NCBI RefSeq assembly: GCF_965278975.1
Contig: NZ_OZ257126.1
Coordinates: 3,653,113-3,717,112, forward strand
DNA length: 64,000 nt
Origin: Ferrovibrio sp.
GTDB taxonomy: Bacteria; Pseudomonadota; Alphaproteobacteria; Ferrovibrionales; Ferrovibrionaceae
Direction of reading: 5' to 3'
Positions 38,968 to 48,554 of the stretch are shown here, piece by piece. Made by a program: the position numbers and the translations under genes. The notes beneath the pieces were generated by a model. The model was not told the DNA's origin. It did not search any database and worked only from the letters and a program-made list of their open reading frames with translations. Positions within the stretch are counted from its first letter, which is position 1. Every line of letters starts with the position of its first letter.

Positions 38968-40785
38968 TTAATCGATGATGCGCTTCTTCACATAGGAGCC
39001 GGGTGCGTCCTCGATGGCCTTGGCTTTGCCTTCGCCCGGCACGCGCGCCTTCACCTTCGGGCCGGATTTGGCCGAGAGCCAGGCATCCCAGTCTTCCCAC
39101 CAGGAGCCGGGATGTTCGGTGGCGCCCTTGATCCAATCCTCGACCTTGGCCGGGTTGGTCTTGGTGTCGTTGGTCCAGTGCTGGTACTTCTTCGCCGCGG
39201 GCGGATTGATCACGCCGGCAATATGGCCCGAACCGGCGAGCAGGAAGCGCACCGGGCCGGAATAGAGCTGCGATGCCTTGTAGACCGAGCGGAACGGCGC
39301 GATGTGATCCTCGCGGCTGGCCTGCAGGTAGACCGGAATCTTGATCTTGCGCAGGTCGATCTTCTGGCCGCCCAGTTCCAGCCCGCCGGCCTGGGCCAGC
39401 AGATTGCGCTGATACATGTTGCGCAGATAGAAGCTGTGCATCTTCGCCGGCATGCGGGTGGCGTCGGCGTTCCAGTACAGCAGGTCGAACGGGAAGGGCT
39501 CTTTGCCCAGCAGGTAGTTGTTGACCACGAAGGACCAGATCAGGTCGTTGGCGCGCAGCATGTTGAAGGTATTCGCCATCTCGGTGCCTTCGAGATAGCC
39601 CTTCTGCGCCATCAGTTCCTCGAAATACTTGATCTGCTCCTCGTCGATGAACACCGAGAGTTCGCCGGCTTCGGAGAATTCCACCTGGGCGGCGAAGAAG
39701 GTGACCGCCTTGATACGCTCGTCGCCCTGCGCCGCCATCCAGGCCAGCGTGGAAGCCATCAGCGTGCCGCCGATGCAATAGCCGATGGCGGTGACTTCCT
39801 CCTCGCCGGTGGCCTGCTTCACGGCATCGAGGCCATCCAGGATGCCTTCGCGCATGTAGCTCTCGAAGGTCTTGTCGACATGGCGCTCGTCGGGCTGGTT
39901 CCACGACACCACGAACACCGTGTAGCCCTTGGCCACCATCCACTTGATGAAGGAATTCTCCGGCTTGAGATCCAGGATGTAGAATTTGTTGATCCAGGGC
40001 GGCACGATATAGAGCGGCCGTTTGTAGACTTCCTTGGTGGTGGGGCTGTACTGGATCAACTGCATCAGGTCGTTCTGGTACACCACCTTGCCCGGCGTGG
40101 TGGCGACATTGCCGCCGACATCGAAGGCCTTGGCATCGACCATCTTGATGTTGAGCTTGCCCTTGCCGCGCTCCAGATCCTCCAGCAGGTTGTGCAGGCC
40201 CTTGACCAGATTCTCGCCGTTGCTGTCGATGGTCGCCTTCAGCACTTCCGGGTTGGTCATCACGAAGTTGGACGGCGCCATCGCATCGACGAACTGGCGG
40301 GTATAGAAATCCACCTTCTTGCGCGTCTTGGTGTCGAGGCCATCGACATCATTCACCGTCTTTTGCAGCCAGCGGGCGGTGAGCAGGTAGGATTGCTTGA
40401 TGTAGTCGAACAGGTAGCTTTCGTTCCAGGCGGCATCCTTGAACCGCTTGTCGCCCTTTTCCGGCTGGGCGATCGGCTGCGCTTCCTGGCCCATGAAGCG
40501 CTGCGCCGAGGAGGTCCACAGCTCGGTATAGGCCCGCCACAATTCGACTTGGGCCTCCACCAGCTTTTCCGGGTTGGTCATCATCTTCGCCGTCATTTCC
40601 ATGAAGGCGGAACCGATATTGAGCGGGTCGGGAGTGATCGAGGTGGGGGCGGGCATCGGCTCGCTACCCTGGCGGGCAAGGAATTCGGAAACCAGCTTCT
40701 GGCTCTGCTCGGCGATCTCGTTCCAGTTCTTGGCCCATTCGGTCGGGTCGGGAAGCTTAACACCACTGTCCGGTTGCTTGTTCAT
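38968..40785 (-). CDS. phaC: Class I poly(3-hydroxyalkanoate) synthase
   Basis: PPWINKFYILDL, lipase box GYCIGG, FDLLYWN, EDHIAP and SGHIAG catalytic motifs. Confidence 0.97.
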   Translation of the reverse strand: MNKQPDSGVKLPDPTEWAKNWNEIAEQSQKLVSEFLARQGSEPMPAPTSITPDPLNIGSAFMEMTAKMMTNPEKLVEAQVELWRAYTELWTSSAQRFMGQEAQPIAQPEKGDKRFKDAAWNESYLFDYIKQSYLLTARWLQKTVNDVDGLDTKTRKKVDFYTRQFVDAMAPSNFVMTNPEVLKATIDSNGENLVKGLHNLLEDLERGKGKLNIKMVDAKAFDVGGNVATTPGKVVYQNDLMQLIQYSPTTKEVYKRPLYIVPPWINKFYILDLKPENSFIKWMVAKGYTVFVVSWNQPDERHVDKTFESYMREGILDGLDAVKQATGEEEVTAIGYCIGGTLMASTLAWMAAQGDERIKAVTFFAAQVEFSEAGELSVFIDEEQIKYFEELMAQKGYLEGTEMANTFNMLRANDLIWSFVVNNYLLGKEPFPFDLLYWNADATRMPAKMHSFYLRNMYQRNLLAQAGGLELGGQKIDLRKIKIPVYLQASREDHIAPFRSVYKASQLYSGPVRFLLAGSGHIAGVINPPAAKKYQHWTNDTKTNPAKVEDWIKGATEHPGSWWEDWDAWLSAKSGPKVKARVPGEGKAKAIEDAPGSYVKKRIID

Positions 40786-40956
40786 CCGACTATCCCTATT
40801 CTCTCAACCCGTTTCCTCCGGGCGGCTGGCCTTGTCCATGGCGCGCTCGCCCGCCGCCGCATGGCGCCGGAACATGAGGTTACGGGATTGTGGGTAATGC
40901 CCGCAAGCCATGATGCTAAAAGGCAGATTGGCGCGGGGTAGGTTTCTGGGAGTTCG

Positions 40957-42075
40957 GTGATGAGCAGCATGAGCCAGTTCAAGGCAGAGACGACCAAGCG
41001 CACGGCCAAGTGCACGGTCGGCGCCCGTACCGCCATGCTCGCCGCCGTTTTCGCCGCCCTGCTGGTCCTGCCTGGCTGCTCCACCGTGTCCGATGCGGTA
41101 AGCTGGGCCAACCCGATGAACTGGTTTGATGACCAGGATCCGGTTGCGGTCCAGCAGTCGACCAAGCCTGCCACCGCCGCAACCGATGAGCGGTTCCCGA
41201 ATCTCGGCCGCGTGCCGCCGCGCCCGGTGGAACAGTCCACCAGCGCCGAGCGCCGCCAGGCCATGGGGGCGCTGGCCGCCGACCGCTCCAATGCGCGGTA
41301 TACGGACGAAGAGCTGCGCGCCCGCCCGGCCACCGGCAACCAGGTGCCGCCGGCCCCGGTCGCACCGCAGACCCAGCTTCCCGGTGTTCCGGGCGGCCAG
41401 CAGGCCAGCCAGCTCCAGGGCGGTGCCGTGCCGGCGCAGCAGGTGCAGCGCATGGCTGCCGGCCAGAATGATCCGGTCGGCCAGCGGGCGGTGAATTCGC
41501 CCCCGCAGCCGGGCTATCAGGCGCCTGCGTATCAGGCCCCGGCCTATCAGGCGCCAGCAGCTGGTAACGCCGCCGCCATGGGCTCGGTCTACGCCGCCAA
41601 TCTACAGGCTTCCGCTGCTACCGTGCTGCCGCCGAATCTGGCCCAGGGACAGCCGCAGGTTGCTCAGGCCGTCCCGCCGCAGTTCGCCGCCGGTGCTGCC
41701 GCGCCGCCTTCGGCCAGCATGCAGGCTTTCGGCCAGCCGGGCCGCCAGCTTCTGGCGGTGGTCCGCTTCTCGGCCAATTCGGCCACTCTCGATGCCCGCG
41801 ACCGCACCTTGCTCAAGAATGTGGCTGACTACCAGAAGGGCGTCGGCGGCAAGGGCCGGCTGCGCGTGGTTGGCTATTCCTCGGCTACCGCCGAAGCCGC
41901 CGATACCGGCGGCAAGCGCGCCCAGACCGTGGCCGCCGAGTTGCAGAAGCATTATGTGGCAGCCAACATGATGGCCCTGGAGGCCAGGGCAGAGGGCGCA
42001 CCGGCCTATTACCAGGCCGCAGCAGGCGCTACCGCCGAGCAAAGCCGCCGCGTCGAAATCTATCTCGAAAATTAG
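40957..42075 (+). CDS. Lipoprotein with Gln/Pro/Ala-rich linker and OmpA-like C-terminal domain
   Basis: Lipobox LPGC; FPNLGRVP; QAPAY repeats; F---SA-L, VVGY, RA--V and RRVEI OmpA-like motifs. True start may be 41035. Confidence 0.75.
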   Translation: MMSSMSQFKAETTKRTAKCTVGARTAMLAAVFAALLVLPGCSTVSDAVSWANPMNWFDDQDPVAVQQSTKPATAATDERFPNLGRVPPRPVEQSTSAERRQAMGALAADRSNARYTDEELRARPATGNQVPPAPVAPQTQLPGVPGGQQASQLQGGAVPAQQVQRMAAGQNDPVGQRAVNSPPQPGYQAPAYQAPAYQAPAAGNAAAMGSVYAANLQASAATVLPPNLAQGQPQVAQAVPPQFAAGAAAPPSASMQAFGQPGRQLLAVVRFSANSATLDARDRTLLKNVADYQKGVGGKGRLRVVGYSSATAEAADTGGKRAQTVAAELQKHYVAANMMALEARAEGAPAYYQAAAGATAEQSRRVEIYLEN

Positions 42076-42104
42076 ACCATATTGAGCTAGATAGCAGCGG
42101 CGGC

Positions 42105-42130
42105 ACGGGGCTCCACCGAGTCCCGTTTTT
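42105..42130 (+). terminator. Intrinsic terminator
   Basis: ACGGGGCTC-CACC-GAGTCCCGT followed by TTTT. Confidence 0.6.
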
Positions 42131-42174
42131 GCCGTTTCTGGTGGCTCATTATCTCCCAGACTGGAACCGAAGCC

Positions 42175-43392
42175 ATGGATACCGAGTTCTACCGCATCAA
42201 GCGCCTGCCGCCCTATGTGTTCGAGGAAGTCAACCGGATGAAGGCCCAGGCGCGTGCCCAGGGCGAAGACATCATCGACTTCGGCATGGGCAACCCGGAT
42301 AACCCGACGCCGCCGCATATCGTCGCCAAGCTGGTGGAAGCCGCCCAGAACCCGCGCGCCCACCGCTATTCCTCCAGCCGTGGCGTGCCCGGCCTGCGCA
42401 AGGCGCTGGCGAACTATTACGGCCGGCGCTTCGGCGTGACGCTGGATGCCGACAAGGAGTGCATCGTCACGCTCGGCTCCAAGGAAGGTTTGGCCAATCT
42501 CGCCATGGCGATCTCGGCGCCGGGCGATACCGTGCTGGTGCCGAACCCGAGCTATCCGATGCATGCCTTCGGCTTCGTCATCGCCGGTGCCAATGTGCGC
42601 TCGGTGCCGATCGGCCCGGGCTTCGATTTCTTCGCCGGCCTGGATCGCGCCTACCGCCACAGCGTGCCGGCGCCGATTGCGCTGATCGTCAGCTTCCCGG
42701 CCAACCCGACTGCCATGACCGTGGATCTCGACTTCTACGCGGCGGTGGTGGATTTCGCCAAGAAGCGCAACATGTGGGTGATCTCCGATCTCGCTTACTC
42801 GGAGATTTATTTCAACGGCAATCCGCCGCCCTCGATCCTGCAGGTGCCGGGCGCGCGCGATGTCGCCATCGAATTCACCTCGCTGTCCAAGACCTACTCG
42901 ATGCCGGGCTGGCGCATCGGCTTCGGCGCCGGCAATGCCAAGCTGGTCGGCGCGCTGGCGCGGGTGAAGTCCTATCTCGATTACGGCGCCTTCACGCCGA
43001 TCCAGGTGGCGGCCACGGCGGCGCTGAACGGGCCGCAGGATTGCGTCGAGGAAATCCGCCAGGTCTACAAGTCGCGCCGCGACGTGCTGGTGCAGGGCCT
43101 GACCCAGGCCGGCTGGCCGATCCCGAACCCGGATGCCTCGATGTTCGCCTGGGCACCGATCCCGGAACGCTACGCCCATCTCGGCTCGGTGGAATTCTCC
43201 AAGCTGCTGCTGCGCGAAGCCAAGGTGGCGGTGGCGCCGGGCATCGGCTTTGGCGAATACGGCGACAATTTCGTGCGCCTCGCCTTCGTCGAGAATGAGC
43301 ATCGCACGCGCCAGGCGGTGAAGAGCATCAAGCGCCTGCTGGGGACGCCGTCCAATCTGGAAGAAGCCCCGTTGAAGAAGGCGGCAGGCTGA
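42175..43392 (+). CDS. PLP-dependent class I/II aminotransferase (AlaC/LL-DAP-AT-like)
   Basis: FGMGNPD, SDLAY and SLSKTYSMPGWRIG motifs; typical position upstream of hom. Confidence 0.9.
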   Translation: MDTEFYRIKRLPPYVFEEVNRMKAQARAQGEDIIDFGMGNPDNPTPPHIVAKLVEAAQNPRAHRYSSSRGVPGLRKALANYYGRRFGVTLDADKECIVTLGSKEGLANLAMAISAPGDTVLVPNPSYPMHAFGFVIAGANVRSVPIGPGFDFFAGLDRAYRHSVPAPIALIVSFPANPTAMTVDLDFYAAVVDFAKKRNMWVISDLAYSEIYFNGNPPPSILQVPGARDVAIEFTSLSKTYSMPGWRIGFGAGNAKLVGALARVKSYLDYGAFTPIQVAATAALNGPQDCVEEIRQVYKSRRDVLVQGLTQAGWPIPNPDASMFAWAPIPERYAHLGSVEFSKLLLREAKVAVAPGIGFGEYGDNFVRLAFVENEHRTRQAVKSIKRLLGTPSNLEEAPLKKAAG

Positions 43393-44720
43393 TGGCCCAG
43401 TCCAAGCTGATGGCCCAGGCCAAGCAGTCTCCGCTTCGCGTAGGTATCGCGGGCCTAGGCGTTGTTGGCGCTGGCGTTGTGCGTTTGCTGCATGAACAGG
43501 CCGGGTTGCTCGCCGCGCGTGGCGGCCGGCCGATCCAGGTGGTGGCGGTTTCGGCGCGCGACAAGCGCAAGAAGCGCGGCCTGCCGGCTGGCAAATGGCG
43601 CTGGTACAGCAATGCCGTCGATATCGCCAAGGATCCCGATGTGGATGTGGTGGTCGAACTGATCGGCGGCTCCAGTGGTGTTGCCAAGGAACTCTGCGAG
43701 ACCGCTTTGCGCAACGGCAAGGGCGTGGTCACCGCCAACAAGGCATTGCTGGCCATGCACGGCGACAAGCTCGCCCTGGCGGCTGAAAAGGCCGGTGTTC
43801 CGCTGGCGTTTGAAGCGGCGGTGGCAGGCGGCATCCCGATCCTGAAGGCGATGCGCGAGGGCCTGGCCGGCAACAACGTGAAGCGCGTGCATGGCATCCT
43901 GAACGGCACCTGCAACTACATCCTCACCGAAATGCGCGAGAAGGGCGGCGACTTCAAGGCCGTGCTCGCCGATGCGCAGAAGCTCGGCTATGCCGAAGCC
44001 GATCCGAGCTTCGACGTGGATGGCATCGACGCCGCGCATAAGCTCACCGTGCTGACCGCGCTGGCCTTCAACACCAAGGTCGATTTCAAGGCCGTGCATG
44101 TCGAGGGTATCCGCCATGTCTCGGCGGTGGATATCGCGTTTGCGCGTGAATTCGGCTACCGCATCAAGCTGCTGGCGATTGCGCGCCGCACGGCCCGCGG
44201 CATCGAGCAGCGCGTGCATCCCTGCATGGTGCCGGCCAATACGCCGATTGCCCATGTCGATGGCGTGTTCAATGCCGTGGCTGCCGAAGGCGATTTCGTC
44301 GGCCCGGTGATGTTCGAGGGCCGTGGCGCGGGCCAGAACCCGACCGCTTCGGCGGTGGTGGCCGATCTTGCCGATATCGCGGCGGGCCGCAGCGGCTTTG
44401 CCTTTGGCGTGCCGGCAATGAAACTCGGCAAGCTCAAGGCCGCCGCCATGGCCGATCATGTCGGGCGCTATTACATCCGCCTGCTGGTGAAGGATCAGCC
44501 GGGCGTGCTGGCTGATGTTTCCGCCGTGCTGCGCGACCACAAGATCTCCATCGAGAGCCTGGTGCAGCGTGGCCGTGCCGAGGGCGAGAATACCCCGGTG
44601 GCGGTGCTGCTGATCAGCCACGAGGCGCGCGAGGCCGACATGGTGCGGGCGCTGAAGCGGATCGCCAAGCTGCGCTCCATGCAGGAGACGCCGCGCCTGA
44701 TCCGCATCGAGACGCTGTGA
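43392..44720 (+). CDS. hom: Homoserine dehydrogenase with ACT domain
   Basis: GLGVVG, VTANKAL, FEAAVAGGIP, LGYAEADP and GRGAG motifs; C-terminal ACT domain. Confidence 0.97.
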   Translation: MAQSKLMAQAKQSPLRVGIAGLGVVGAGVVRLLHEQAGLLAARGGRPIQVVAVSARDKRKKRGLPAGKWRWYSNAVDIAKDPDVDVVVELIGGSSGVAKELCETALRNGKGVVTANKALLAMHGDKLALAAEKAGVPLAFEAAVAGGIPILKAMREGLAGNNVKRVHGILNGTCNYILTEMREKGGDFKAVLADAQKLGYAEADPSFDVDGIDAAHKLTVLTALAFNTKVDFKAVHVEGIRHVSAVDIAFAREFGYRIKLLAIARRTARGIEQRVHPCMVPANTPIAHVDGVFNAVAAEGDFVGPVMFEGRGAGQNPTASAVVADLADIAAGRSGFAFGVPAMKLGKLKAAAMADHVGRYYIRLLVKDQPGVLADVSAVLRDHKISIESLVQRGRAEGENTPVAVLLISHEAREADMVRALKRIAKLRSMQETPRLIRIETL

Positions 44721-44724
44721 GGCG

Positions 44725-45708
44725 ATGATGGCCAAGGCGAAGGCGGCGAAGAGCATTTCGGTGGAGCGCAATCTGACGCTGGAAGCGGTGCGCGTCACCG
44801 AGGCTGCCGCCATCGCCGCCGCCGGCCTGATCGGCCTGGGCGACGAGCAGGCGGCGGACGAAGCTGCCTCGGCGGCGATGCTGAAAGCGCTGGAAGCCGT
44901 GAATATCGCCGGCAAGGTGGTGATCGGCCTCGGCGAGCGCGATGACGTGCCGCGGCTTTTCGTCGGCCAGGAAGTCGGCAGCGGCAAGGGGCCGGCCATC
45001 GATATCGCGCTCGATCCGCTGGAAGGCACCTCCAATGCCGCCAAGGGTGCGCCCAATGCCATGGCGGTGCTGGCCTTCGCCAATGCCGGCTGCTTCCTGC
45101 ATGCGCCCGATATCTACATGGACAAGATCGCGGTTGGCGCCGGCCTGCCGGCTGGCGTGGTCGATCTCGACCGCAGCCCGGCGGAGAATCTGAAATCCCT
45201 GGCGGCGGCCAAGGGCGTGGCGGTATCCGATCTCACCGTCTGTATTCTTGATCGCCCACGCCATATGGAACTGATCAACGCCGTGCGCGCCACCGGTGCC
45301 CGCGTGGCGCTGATTTCCGATGGCGATATTGCCGGCGTGATCGCCACCACCGATACCGATACCGGCATCGATATCTACATGGGTTCGGGCGGTGCGCCGG
45401 AAGGCGTGCTGGCGGCGGCGGCCTTGCGCTGCATCGGCGGCCAGATGCAGGGGCGGCTGATCTTCCGCAACGAGGATGAGCGTTCGCGCGCCCGGCGCCT
45501 CGGCATCGAGAAGCTGGACCGCAAGTATGAGATCACCGACCTGGCATCGGGCGACGTGATCTTCGCCGCCACCGGCGTCACCGATGGCTCGCTGCTCTCC
45601 GGTGTGAAGCGCGCCGCCGTCGGCCACAAGGTGCATTCGGTTTCGATGCGCTCCGAAACCCGCACCATCCGCCGCATCGAGGCGGTGATCCTGCACGCGC
45701 TCGACTGA
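44725..45708 (+). CDS. glpX: Class II fructose-1,6-bisphosphatase
   Basis: RVTEAAA, DPLEGT, YMDKI, DGDIAG, GGAPEGV and ATGVTDG motifs. Confidence 0.96.
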   Translation: MMAKAKAAKSISVERNLTLEAVRVTEAAAIAAAGLIGLGDEQAADEAASAAMLKALEAVNIAGKVVIGLGERDDVPRLFVGQEVGSGKGPAIDIALDPLEGTSNAAKGAPNAMAVLAFANAGCFLHAPDIYMDKIAVGAGLPAGVVDLDRSPAENLKSLAAAKGVAVSDLTVCILDRPRHMELINAVRATGARVALISDGDIAGVIATTDTDTGIDIYMGSGGAPEGVLAAAALRCIGGQMQGRLIFRNEDERSRARRLGIEKLDRKYEITDLASGDVIFAATGVTDGSLLSGVKRAAVGHKVHSVSMRSETRTIRRIEAVILHALD

Positions 45709-45711
45709 GCG

Positions 45712-47523
45712 ATGCAGCCGCAGCCGGAAGCCTTCCTCGGCGTCAACAAATCCCTGCAAGGGCGGCGCTGGCGGCTGCGCAGCGGCGATGACCGCATTGG
45801 CTTGGCGCTGGCACAGCGCGCCGGCCTGCCGGAAATCCTGGGCCGTGTGCTGGCCGGACGCGGCGTCGATCCTGAAACGGTGGAGGATTTCCTCAAGCCC
45901 TCGCTGCGCCGCCTGTTGCCCGATCCGTCGCGTTTCCACGACATGGATACGGCAGCCGCGCGCATCGCCGATGCCATCCAGCGCAACGAGCGCGTTGCCG
46001 TGTTCGGCGATTACGATGTCGATGGCGCCACATCCTCGGCGCTGCTGAAGCGTTTCTTCTCGGCCATCGGCCGGCCGCTGCGGGTCTATATCCCGGATCG
46101 CCAGAAGGAGGGCTACGGCCCCAACGCGCCGGCGATGCGCAAGCTGGCCGATGAGGGCGTGCGCGTCGTCGTCACCGTCGATTGCGGCACGCTGTCCTTC
46201 GAGCCATTGGCGGAAGCAAAAAAGCTCGGCCTCGATGTGGTGGTGGTCGATCATCATCTGGCTGAACCGCATCTGCCGGCAGCGGTGGCGGTGGTCAATC
46301 CCAATCGCCTGGATGAAGCGCCCGGCCATGGTCAGCTTGCGGCTGTCGGCGTGGCGTTCCTGCTGCTGGTGGCGCTGAACCGCACGCTGCGCAGCCGTAG
46401 CTTCTATGCGCAAGGTGAGGAGCCGGACCTGCTCGGCTGGCTCGATCTGGTGGCGCTCGGCACGGTCTGCGATGTGGTGCCGCTCACCGGCCTCAACCGT
46501 GCGCTGGTGACGCAAGGCATCAAGGTGCTGCGCGGGCGTGGCAATGTAGGCCTCGCGGCCCTTGCCGATGTGGCCGGCCTGAACGAGCCGCCGGGCGCCT
46601 ATCACCTCGGCTTCCTGCTCGGGCCACGCGTCAATGCCGGCGGTCGTGTCGGCCTGTCCGATCTCGGCGCGCGCCTGCTGGCCTGCGACGATGCGCGCGA
46701 GGCGGCCAATCTGGCGCGCGAACTCGACCGCCTGAACAAGGAGCGCCAGGAGATCGAGCAGCTTGTGCTGGCCGATGCCATGCTGGCGTTGCAGGCCGTG
46801 CCCGAGACCGCGCCGCTGGCGCTGGTGGCGGGCGAGGGCTGGCATCCCGGCGTGATCGGCATTGTTGCCGCGCGCGTCCGCGAAGCCGCCGGACGGCCGA
46901 GCTTCGTACTGGCGATCGAGGATAACGGCCTGGCCAAGGGTTCGGGCCGCTCGGTGCCGGGTGTCGATCTCGGTGGCGCCGTGGTGGCGGCGAAGCAGGC
47001 CGGCCTGCTGGTGAATGGCGGCGGCCATGCCATGGCGGCGGGCCTTACCGTGGCGGCAGACGGTATCCAGGCATTGAATGAATTCCTCAGCGCACGTCTG
47101 GCGCCCCAGGTCGCCAAGGCCGGCGCCGATGCCAGTCTGGGCCTCGATGGCGCGCTGCATGTCGGCGGCTGCTCGACGGAGCTATACGAGAAGCTGGAAC
47201 TGCTCGGCCCCTATGGCTCGGGCAATGCCGAGCCGCGCTTTGTCATCACCCGCGCCCGCATCCTGCAGGCCGATGTGGTGGGCGAGCGCCATCTGCGCCT
47301 GCTGGCCTGTTCGGAAAGCGGCGAGGGGCCCCGGCTGCGCGGCATCGCCTTTCGCGTCATGGATGGCGGCGGCTCGGCCAAGGGCTCGGACATGGCCGAG
47401 GCGCTGATCGCGGCGCGCAGCACCGGCCGCCCGATGCACCTGGCCGGTCATCTGCGGGCCGATTACTGGCGCGGCGAGCGCCGCATCCAGCTCGTCGTCG
47501 AGGATGCCGCGCATGTGGCGTAA
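45712..47523 (+). CDS. recJ: Single-stranded DNA exonuclease RecJ
   Basis: GDYDVDG, TVDCG, DHH, GTVCDVVPL, PRVNAGGR and GGGHAMAAG motifs. Confidence 0.97.
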   Translation: MQPQPEAFLGVNKSLQGRRWRLRSGDDRIGLALAQRAGLPEILGRVLAGRGVDPETVEDFLKPSLRRLLPDPSRFHDMDTAAARIADAIQRNERVAVFGDYDVDGATSSALLKRFFSAIGRPLRVYIPDRQKEGYGPNAPAMRKLADEGVRVVVTVDCGTLSFEPLAEAKKLGLDVVVVDHHLAEPHLPAAVAVVNPNRLDEAPGHGQLAAVGVAFLLLVALNRTLRSRSFYAQGEEPDLLGWLDLVALGTVCDVVPLTGLNRALVTQGIKVLRGRGNVGLAALADVAGLNEPPGAYHLGFLLGPRVNAGGRVGLSDLGARLLACDDAREAANLARELDRLNKERQEIEQLVLADAMLALQAVPETAPLALVAGEGWHPGVIGIVAARVREAAGRPSFVLAIEDNGLAKGSGRSVPGVDLGGAVVAAKQAGLLVNGGGHAMAAGLTVAADGIQALNEFLSARLAPQVAKAGADASLGLDGALHVGGCSTELYEKLELLGPYGSGNAEPRFVITRARILQADVVGERHLRLLACSESGEGPRLRGIAFRVMDGGGSAKGSDMAEALIAARSTGRPMHLAGHLRADYWRGERRIQLVVEDAAHVA

Positions 47524-47547
47524 GGCTTTGGTTTTTCAGTAGAAAAG

Positions 47548-47623
47548 TGGCGACCCCTACGGGATTCGAACCCGTGTACCTACCGTGAAAGGGTAGTGTC
47601 CTAGGCCTCTAGACGAAGGGGCC
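47548..47623 (-). tRNA. tRNA-Glu (TTC)
   Basis: Reverse complement folds as a 76-nt cloverleaf: GGCCCCT/AGGGGTC acceptor stem, CT-TTC-AC anticodon loop, GTTCGAATC T-loop, encoded CCA. Confidence 0.97.
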
Positions 47624-47730
47624 GGTCCTGGGCCTGCCGCAGATACGGGAGGCGAGCCGGTGAGGCGGGGCAGGGTGTAGCCCGGTTCGGGCGCCAAATC
47701 AAGCCGGTGGCTTGGGCAAAATCACGGCAT

Positions 47731-47761
47731 AAAGAAAAAGGGCGCCCTGGCCGGGGCGCCC
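47731..47761 (-). terminator. Intrinsic terminator for the 48.5-kb minus-strand unit
   Basis: GGGCGCCC 8-bp stem with an A-tract on its left (U-tract on the minus strand). Confidence 0.65.
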
Positions 47762-47818
47762 CTTGGTTGCAATGGGCAGAGGGGTCGCAATGGGCAGAGG
47801 AAGCTCCGCCTGCCGGTT

Positions 47819-48526
47819 TCAGAGTTTGGTGTGGACCACGTTATAGCTGGAGTTTCTGAGCATGTTGTCGAAGGGGTCGGAGAGTCCCTGCACGCCAATG
47901 CCGTAGCCGACAATCAGCTGCGCGCCCTTGGGCAGGGTCTCCATCAGCTCGGTACTGATGGAGGATATCGAGCTGGGAGCATCGGACAGGTTGCCGGTGA
48001 AAACTGCCGGCGGTGCCTTGCCGGCCACATACGGCACCAGGCCGCCCTTGTCGGTGACGAAAAAGACCTGTCCGTTGGTGACAATGGCCTGAAAGACGGC
48101 GCCAGGCTTGCCGCTTTGATTGGGCGGGATCGTCACCGGGATGCTCTGCTGGGGGGCGGCCGTGGCTGTCGTGGTGTTGGCTGCCGTGGTGCCTGTCGCC
48201 GTGGCCGGCGGCGCAACGCAATTGCCGGATTTCTCGCAGGCATCGGCGGCATCGCGCAATTGCTGCGCGGCGAGCGTGTTGCCGTACTGCTTTTCCATCT
48301 CAGTGGCCATGATGCGGGCCTGCTCGATGGTGAGCTGGCCGCTGGTAATGCGCTGGATCAGGGTCTGGGCGCTGTTCTGCGCCGCCGTTACCGCCGGGCT
48401 GGCGCCAGCACCAGGGCAGGGCGGCGGGCAATAGGCGCGGGCATCGCCGCTGAAAAGGCCCACAGAGGCCAGCACCAAGCCGGCCAGGAACAGCGATGCG
48501 GCGAGTAGCGTGCGGAAGGACGTCAT
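47819..48526 (-). CDS. Secreted hypothetical protein (Cys pairs, Thr/Ala linker)
   Basis: GGAGG RBS, signal peptide ending ARA, YCPPPCP and CEKSGNC, T/A-rich linker. Confidence 0.65.
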   Translation of the reverse strand: MTSFRTLLAASLFLAGLVLASVGLFSGDARAYCPPPCPGAGASPAVTAAQNSAQTLIQRITSGQLTIEQARIMATEMEKQYGNTLAAQQLRDAADACEKSGNCVAPPATATGTTAANTTTATAAPQQSIPVTIPPNQSGKPGAVFQAIVTNGQVFFVTDKGGLVPYVAGKAPPAVFTGNLSDAPSSISSISTELMETLPKGAQLIVGYGIGVQGLSDPFDNMLRNSSYNVVHTKL

Positions 48527-48554
48527 GGCAGCCTCCAGGGTCAAAGCGTGGCGG

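Noticed and set aside
42076-42174. Amino-acid riboswitch upstream of aminotransferase-hom
   Set aside because: Only one terminator-like hairpin; too short, with no lysine, SAM or glycine aptamer motifs.
47769-47800. 14-bp direct repeat GCAATGGGCAGAGG x2 (period 18)
   Set aside because: Real, but only two copies in a 3' UTR with no supporting context.
47524-47820. Integrative element at tRNA-Glu
   Set aside because: No integrase and no duplicated tRNA 3' end; the tRNA 3' end abuts recJ directly.
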